Shown piece by piece: positions 59,089-64,000 of a stretch of 64,000 nucleotides of DNA. The translations under genes and the position numbers were made by a program. Position 1 is the stretch's first letter; every line of letters starts with the position of its first letter. This DNA comes from Bacteroidales bacterium. Its GTDB lineage: Bacteria; Bacteroidota; Bacteroidia; Bacteroidales; UBA3663. The notes under the pieces are model-generated. The model worked only from the letters and a program-made list of their open reading frames with translations. It ran no database searches and was not told the origin of the DNA. Location: NCBI GenBank assembly GCA_045628985.1, contig JAZQQH010000065.1:181514-245513 (forward strand), given 5' to 3'.

Positions 59089-59913
59089 ATGCAAGAGTTA
59101 GGCAATCAGATAGGGCGATATCAGAGCGACTCCATTCCATTGTGGGTGGAGTGGATGATGCATTTGCCAGGATTGAAGAAGAAATTCGCCAAGCGTGCAG
59201 TATCGGAGATCCGCGTCTTCGAGCAAGGTATCATGCTGATGCATGGCAATCATGCGCAAAAGGAGGACAAGGCGATGTCGTTGACCTATAAAGAGATTCG
59301 TCGTGTCTGGTTCGAGCGCTTCCAGACGGGTAGCGAGGAAGCAGGACATACCGCTTTCCGCATCGATATCATTGCCGAAAATCTGGATACGCTCTTCTCT
59401 TTGACCAAAACAGATTGCTCCGAAGAGGATCCGGATCTGCGACTGATGGAGTACCTCTACCAGACATGGAAAGCCTCAACATGGCGACACTATCATGTGG
59501 TGGCTGCTATCGTGCAGATGGAGGCAGGCAAGGCAGGAAGAACGGACATTCAGGATCCTACGACACCGGTTTATCTCTGCATGCAGAAGCCTCGAACACG
59601 CTATGATTACACTTCTTATCACTGGGAGTTCCCCGGAGGCAAAGTCGAGGAAGGAGAATCCGAGCCACAAGCCTTGCAGCGCGAACTCAAAGAAGAAATG
59701 GAATACGAGGTGACCGTCGAACAGCACCTAACCACCGTCGAACACAGCTACCGGGACTTCTCTCTCTCGCTCTCCTGCTACCTCTGCACGGCTACGACTC
59801 CAGACTTCGTTCGCAAAGAGCATCAGGATCATCGCTGGCTCACAACTGAAGAAATGCAGGCGCTGGAATGGTGCGCTGCTGATGAACCAGTGATCGAATT
59901 ATTAAACACTTAG
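59089..59913 (+). CDS. MutT/NudG-like Nudix hydrolase with N-terminal extension
   Basis: WEFPGGKVEEGESEPQALQRELKEE Nudix box; about 130-aa unknown N-terminal domain. Confidence 0.85.
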   Translation: MQELGNQIGRYQSDSIPLWVEWMMHLPGLKKKFAKRAVSEIRVFEQGIMLMHGNHAQKEDKAMSLTYKEIRRVWFERFQTGSEEAGHTAFRIDIIAENLDTLFSLTKTDCSEEDPDLRLMEYLYQTWKASTWRHYHVVAAIVQMEAGKAGRTDIQDPTTPVYLCMQKPRTRYDYTSYHWEFPGGKVEEGESEPQALQRELKEEMEYEVTVEQHLTTVEHSYRDFSLSLSCYLCTATTPDFVRKEHQDHRWLTTEEMQALEWCAADEPVIELLNT

Positions 59914-59932
59914 ACAAATAAACACAAAAGAT

Positions 59933-61612
59933 ATGCTCCAGATTCGCTGTAAAAATAATAACGAGACGAGAGAAGTGCCATTTGGCAGCTCATTGCAAGA
60001 GATCTTCAAAGAGTTCAATCTCGATGCTTCTTTGTGTCCTATCTCTGCCAAGGTCAATAATGTATCGCAGGGTTTGAAGTTCCGACTGTATCAGAACCGC
60101 GATATCGAGTATCTCGACATTACCAATCCCAGCGGCATGCGTGTCTACATCCGCTCGCTCTGCTTCGTGCTCTACAAGGCTGTGCACGATATCTTCCCTG
60201 GGTCAAAGCTCTATATCGAACACCCAATCTCTCGCGGTTTCTATTGCAACTTCATCAAGCCTGCGAGCAATGGCCGCACTCGTGGCATTTCGGCCGACGA
60301 GATTGCTCGCATCTATGAGCGAATGCAGGAAATTGTGCGAGAGGACATGCCATTCCATCGCAATGAGGTGCCTACCGAGGAGGCTATCCGCATCTTCCGC
60401 GAGCAAGGATTTGCCGACAAGGTCAAGCTGCTCGAGACGTCAGAGAAGGTCTATACCGATTATTACACGCTCGGCGATACAGCAGATTTCTATTATGGCG
60501 CGCTCGTCCCATCGGCCGGTTACCTGAAGGTCTTCGGATTGGAGTCCTACGGTGAGGGCATGCTGCTGCGAGTTCCTGATGCGAAGAATCCGTCACAACT
60601 GGCAGAGATGGTGCCACAGCCAAAGACGTTCGATGTATATAAGGAGAAGGTGAAGTGGGACGTCATCATGCATCTGGCCAACGCTGGCGACGTCAACAAA
60701 GCTTGTCAGAAAGGTATGGCTTCAGAACTCATTCAGGTATCGGAGGCGCTACAAGAGAAGAAGATCGTCCAGATCGCAGAGGAGATCGAGCGCAGATATA
60801 CCGAAGACGGATTGAAGTTGGTGCTCATCACAGGTCCATCCAGCTCAGGCAAGACCACCTTCTGCAAGCGACTGGCGATTCAGCTGCTGGCATGTGGCCT
60901 CCGTCCGCTATCATTCTCGACCGACGACTACTTCGTCAATCGCGTCGACACCCCTCTCCTACCGAACGGACAATACGACTTCGACAACTTCGATACTGTC
61001 GATCACAAGCTGCTTGGAGAGCATCTCAACCTCCTGCTTCAAGGCAAGGAAGTGGAAGTGCCAGAGTATAACTTCACAACCGGCATGCGCGAGTGGAATC
61101 ATAAGAAACTCCGCATCAAGGACAAGCACATATTGATCATCGAAGGTATCCATGCGCTCAATCCTCGCCTCACGGAGCAGATTTCAGACAGTCAGAAGTT
61201 CAAGATCTATACATCAGCCTTGACCACTGTCTCACTTGACGATCATAACTGGGTACCGACGCGCGACAACCGACTGCTCCGCCGCATCATCCGCGATTAC
61301 AACAAGGGGGCCTTCACTGCCCGCGAGACCATCCAGCATTGGCCAAATGTCTGCGAAGCTGAGGAGCAATGGATCTTCCCATATCAGGAGAATGCCGACG
61401 TGATGTTCAACTCCGCGCTCAACATTGAGTTCGCCGTCCTCCGCAATCATGCAGAGCCTATCCTCCAGTCAGTCCCCAAGAACTGTCCAGAGTACGCCGA
61501 GGCTCATCGTCTGCTGAAGTTCCTACATTACTTCACTCCAATTCCAGACAAGGACATTCCACCTACATCTATCATGAGAGAGTTTGTGGGAGGATCGTCA
61601 TTCAAGTATTGA
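59933..61612 (+). CDS. Nucleoside (uridine) kinase with ThrRS-like N-terminal domain
   Basis: TGS/ThrRS-like N-terminus; GPSSSGKTT, DDYF, IEGIHALN, RLLRRIIRD. Confidence 0.9.
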   Translation: MLQIRCKNNNETREVPFGSSLQEIFKEFNLDASLCPISAKVNNVSQGLKFRLYQNRDIEYLDITNPSGMRVYIRSLCFVLYKAVHDIFPGSKLYIEHPISRGFYCNFIKPASNGRTRGISADEIARIYERMQEIVREDMPFHRNEVPTEEAIRIFREQGFADKVKLLETSEKVYTDYYTLGDTADFYYGALVPSAGYLKVFGLESYGEGMLLRVPDAKNPSQLAEMVPQPKTFDVYKEKVKWDVIMHLANAGDVNKACQKGMASELIQVSEALQEKKIVQIAEEIERRYTEDGLKLVLITGPSSSGKTTFCKRLAIQLLACGLRPLSFSTDDYFVNRVDTPLLPNGQYDFDNFDTVDHKLLGEHLNLLLQGKEVEVPEYNFTTGMREWNHKKLRIKDKHILIIEGIHALNPRLTEQISDSQKFKIYTSALTTVSLDDHNWVPTRDNRLLRRIIRDYNKGAFTARETIQHWPNVCEAEEQWIFPYQENADVMFNSALNIEFAVLRNHAEPILQSVPKNCPEYAEAHRLLKFLHYFTPIPDKDIPPTSIMREFVGGSSFKY

Positions 61613-61620
61613 ACCCAACA

Positions 61621-61787
61621 GACCCTCCCCCAGCCCCTCCACAAGGGAGGGGAGTAAATAATACTCATGCTAAAAACTATAAAAATAATCATCACTAAAG
61701 ACCTTCTTTTCAAAGAAACTTTAGTGATGATTTTGCGTATATTACACTAATCACTCCCCTCCCTTGTGGAGGGGCTGGGGGAGGGTC
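61621..61787. repeat. Inverted pair of REP elements between convergent genes
   Basis: gaccctcccccagcccctccacaagggaggggagt with its reverse complement at 61753-61787; inner atcactaaag/ctttagtgat. Confidence 0.8.
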
Positions 61788-63273
61788 AGAACTTTACATT
61801 ATGCATATCCCCACTCTTCTTAAACTCCCTGTGGAATGCAAACGCATGCTCCAGCGACATCGGCGTATGACCAGCCTGGCACTCTGGCAGATTGAGATAC
61901 TCGCGCAAGAGAGGACGGAAGTCTGGATGTGCACAGTTCTCGATGATTGCCTCAGCACGCTCACGTGGCGACTTGCCACGAAGGTCGGCTACACCTTGCT
62001 CGGTAATGACTACCATGACTGAGTGTTCGCTCGAATCGACATGCGATACGTATGGCACGATGGCCGAGATAGCACCCTTCTTAGCGGTCGAAGGACAGAT
62101 GAAGATCGAAGTATAAGCGTTGCGAGCAAAGTCGGCAGAGCCACCTACACCATTCATCATCGTCGTACCCATCACATGCGTTGAGTTGACGTTGCCACAG
62201 ATATCCACCTCCAGCGCGGTATTAATCGTGATGACACCCAAGCGACGGACGAGTTCAGGATGGTTCGACAACTCATAAGGACGCAGGATGATATGCTCCT
62301 TGTAGAAGTCGATATTGTCCATGATTCGGTCATATACCGCATCGCTCACAGCCAACGAACCCGTTGACGCGAAGGTGCATCGACCCTTATCGATAAGCTC
62401 CACACCCTGATCCTGCAATACCTCAGTATATAAGGTGAAAGGAGGAATCTCAGGAGCGTCCTGCAGCGCTGCAAGCACCGCGTTAGCGATGTTACCTACA
62501 CCCGACTGAATTGGCTGGAAGTCCTTGTGCACACGACCATGTTTCACCTCATCCGTAAGGAAAGACGCCACATTCTTACCCAGCTGCTTGGTAACTTCGT
62601 CGACTGGAGAGAATGGTGGCACATTATATTTATAATGACAAGGAACCACGGCCACGATCTTCTTAGGATCGACCTTCAGGATAGGCGAACCGATACGGTC
62701 AGAAGGCTTGTACAGAGGGATCACATCACGGCGCGGAGGTGGCAGGGGAGTATAGATGTCGTGCATGCCACGGATGCGGAAGTCGTAAGCCGAGTTGAGC
62801 TCAATGATGATCTTGTCGGCCACCTGAGCGTAAGTATCGACGCAACCAACGCCACCAGAGAGAGTGATCTCTCCCAAGTCAGTGATATCGACAGCCTCGA
62901 TGATACACCAGTCAATCTTGCCCATGAAGCCATAGCGCACGTACTGTCCCACCATCGAAAGGTGCATATCCGTGTAGCACACCTCACCCGAGTTGATGGA
63001 CTTACGCATAGGACTTGAGCCATTGAATGGCAGACGACGGTTCACAGCCTTAGCGTTAGCCAATGCATCGTCAAGAGCGTCATTGGTCACTGCACCTGTG
63101 AAAAGATTCACCTTGAAAGGTCGACCAGCCTCATGCTCAGCCTCGGCTCTTTTAGCCAAAGCTGCTGGCACAACGCGAGGTGTTCCCGCAGCGGTAAAGC
63201 CACTAAAACCTAACGTATCGCCATCTTTGATGAGAGCTGCAGCCTCTTCGGCGGTCATTTTGGTATAAATCAT
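61786..63273 (-). CDS. Acetyl-CoA hydrolase/succinate CoA-transferase
   Basis: FSGFTAAG, QSGVGNIANAV, YTEVLQD, NGVGGSADFARN, EQGVADLRG; start reset to 63273. Confidence 0.92.
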   Translation of the reverse strand: MIYTKMTAEEAAALIKDGDTLGFSGFTAAGTPRVVPAALAKRAEAEHEAGRPFKVNLFTGAVTNDALDDALANAKAVNRRLPFNGSSPMRKSINSGEVCYTDMHLSMVGQYVRYGFMGKIDWCIIEAVDITDLGEITLSGGVGCVDTYAQVADKIIIELNSAYDFRIRGMHDIYTPLPPPRRDVIPLYKPSDRIGSPILKVDPKKIVAVVPCHYKYNVPPFSPVDEVTKQLGKNVASFLTDEVKHGRVHKDFQPIQSGVGNIANAVLAALQDAPEIPPFTLYTEVLQDQGVELIDKGRCTFASTGSLAVSDAVYDRIMDNIDFYKEHIILRPYELSNHPELVRRLGVITINTALEVDICGNVNSTHVMGTTMMNGVGGSADFARNAYTSIFICPSTAKKGAISAIVPYVSHVDSSEHSVMVVITEQGVADLRGKSPRERAEAIIENCAHPDFRPLLREYLNLPECQAGHTPMSLEHAFAFHREFKKSGDMHNVKF

Positions 63274-63423
63274 ATTAAATATTTTGCTTCTTTGAAAAAA
63301 TTTGTCTATCTTTGCGGCGCAAATATACTCCAATATTTTGACAATAACAAATATTTTCTGCTAAATCAATAAGCGTTGCTGATTATTCGACGATAATCAT
63401 TCGGTTTTTGACAAATGGAGTAA

Positions 63424-63510
63424 TAAAAAAACTTGCCTACTCTCACGAGCAGACAAGCATTATTAACCTAAACCTTAACTATGATAAAAAAATAGTGTAT
63501 TATTCATACA
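63424..63510 (-). ncRNA. Candidate Bacteroidales sRNA
   Basis: Minus-strand TACCTTTG box (63516-23), UCAUAGUUAAGGUUUAGGUU core, terminator cttgtctgctc-gtga-gagtaggcaag + U-run. Confidence 0.55.
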
Positions 63511-63660
63511 CGCTGCAAAGGTAGTACTAAATTTAGTCGCTTCCAAATTTTTGACAGCAAAAATGTAAAAAAAGGCAAAAATTTAACATTTAAGTGACAT
63601 TTTGTCTCTTTTCACATTTCATTTTTCAATATAAAAGTACAAGAAGAACGAATTCTAGAT

Positions 63661-64000
63661 ATGAAAAAACTCTTTATCGAAACATACGGTTGCCAGATGA
63701 ATGTGGCCGACTCAGAGGTCGTCGCTTCCATCATGGAAACCATCGGCTACGAACTGTGCGAACAGCTCGAGGAGGCCGATGCCGTCTTTATGAATACCTG
63801 CTCCGTGCGCGATAACGCTGAGCAGAAGATCTATGGCCGCCTGCAATTCTTCCAGAGCCTCAAGGCAAAGCGCGACGCTGAGTATCGCAAGGCAATAAAC
63901 AAGCTCAAGAAGACCAAGGCCTCGGCAGAAGAAATAGAAGCAGTGAAACCTCAGCAGCTCATCGTAGGCGTACTGGGGTGCATGGCCGAGCGTGTCCGTG
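63661..64000 (+). CDS. miaB: tRNA-2-methylthio-N6-dimethylallyladenosine synthase MiaB (truncated at window end)
   Basis: MKKLFIETYGCQMNVADSE...MNTCSVRDNAEQK...VGVLGCMAER; not in the ORF track. Confidence 0.93.
   Translation, partial: MKKLFIETYGCQMNVADSEVVASIMETIGYELCEQLEEADAVFMNTCSVRDNAEQKIYGRLQFFQSLKAKRDAEYRKAINKLKKTKASAEEIEAVKPQQLIVGVLGCMAERVR

Overview
Bacteroidales (Prevotella-like) chromosomal window, judged from TAnnTTTG promoter boxes, gene content and a T9SS-type C-terminal domain. 1-13.2 kb is a defence-like island: AlbA_2 regulator, exonuclease-RecQ-UvrD fusion, a second RecQ, XRE HTH and a PARIS-like ABC ATPase + DUF4435 pair. 13.3-18.6 kb is the most interesting part. An ECF-type sigma factor sits between two near-identical promoter-like motifs. 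One motif precedes an uncharacterised 263-aa protein, followed directly by a roughly 300-nt structured RNA with tandem RGCHTY hexamers and a circularly permuted, Y-RNA(YrlA)-like tRNA mimic, then an atypical tRNA(GCA) and phage-type small ORFs. No Ro60/TROVE gene is visible in the window. The remainder holds housekeeping and transport genes, a PspC-SPFH operon, a partner-switching module with an embedded RelA/SpoT synthetase, a xylan/xylose cluster, a SNF2-DUF4391-Type III R-M locus interrupted by a DUF4160/DUF2442 pair, and core genes (pyrF, serS, rpmA, rplU, aspS, miaB). All calls were made by eye from motifs; no database searches were run.
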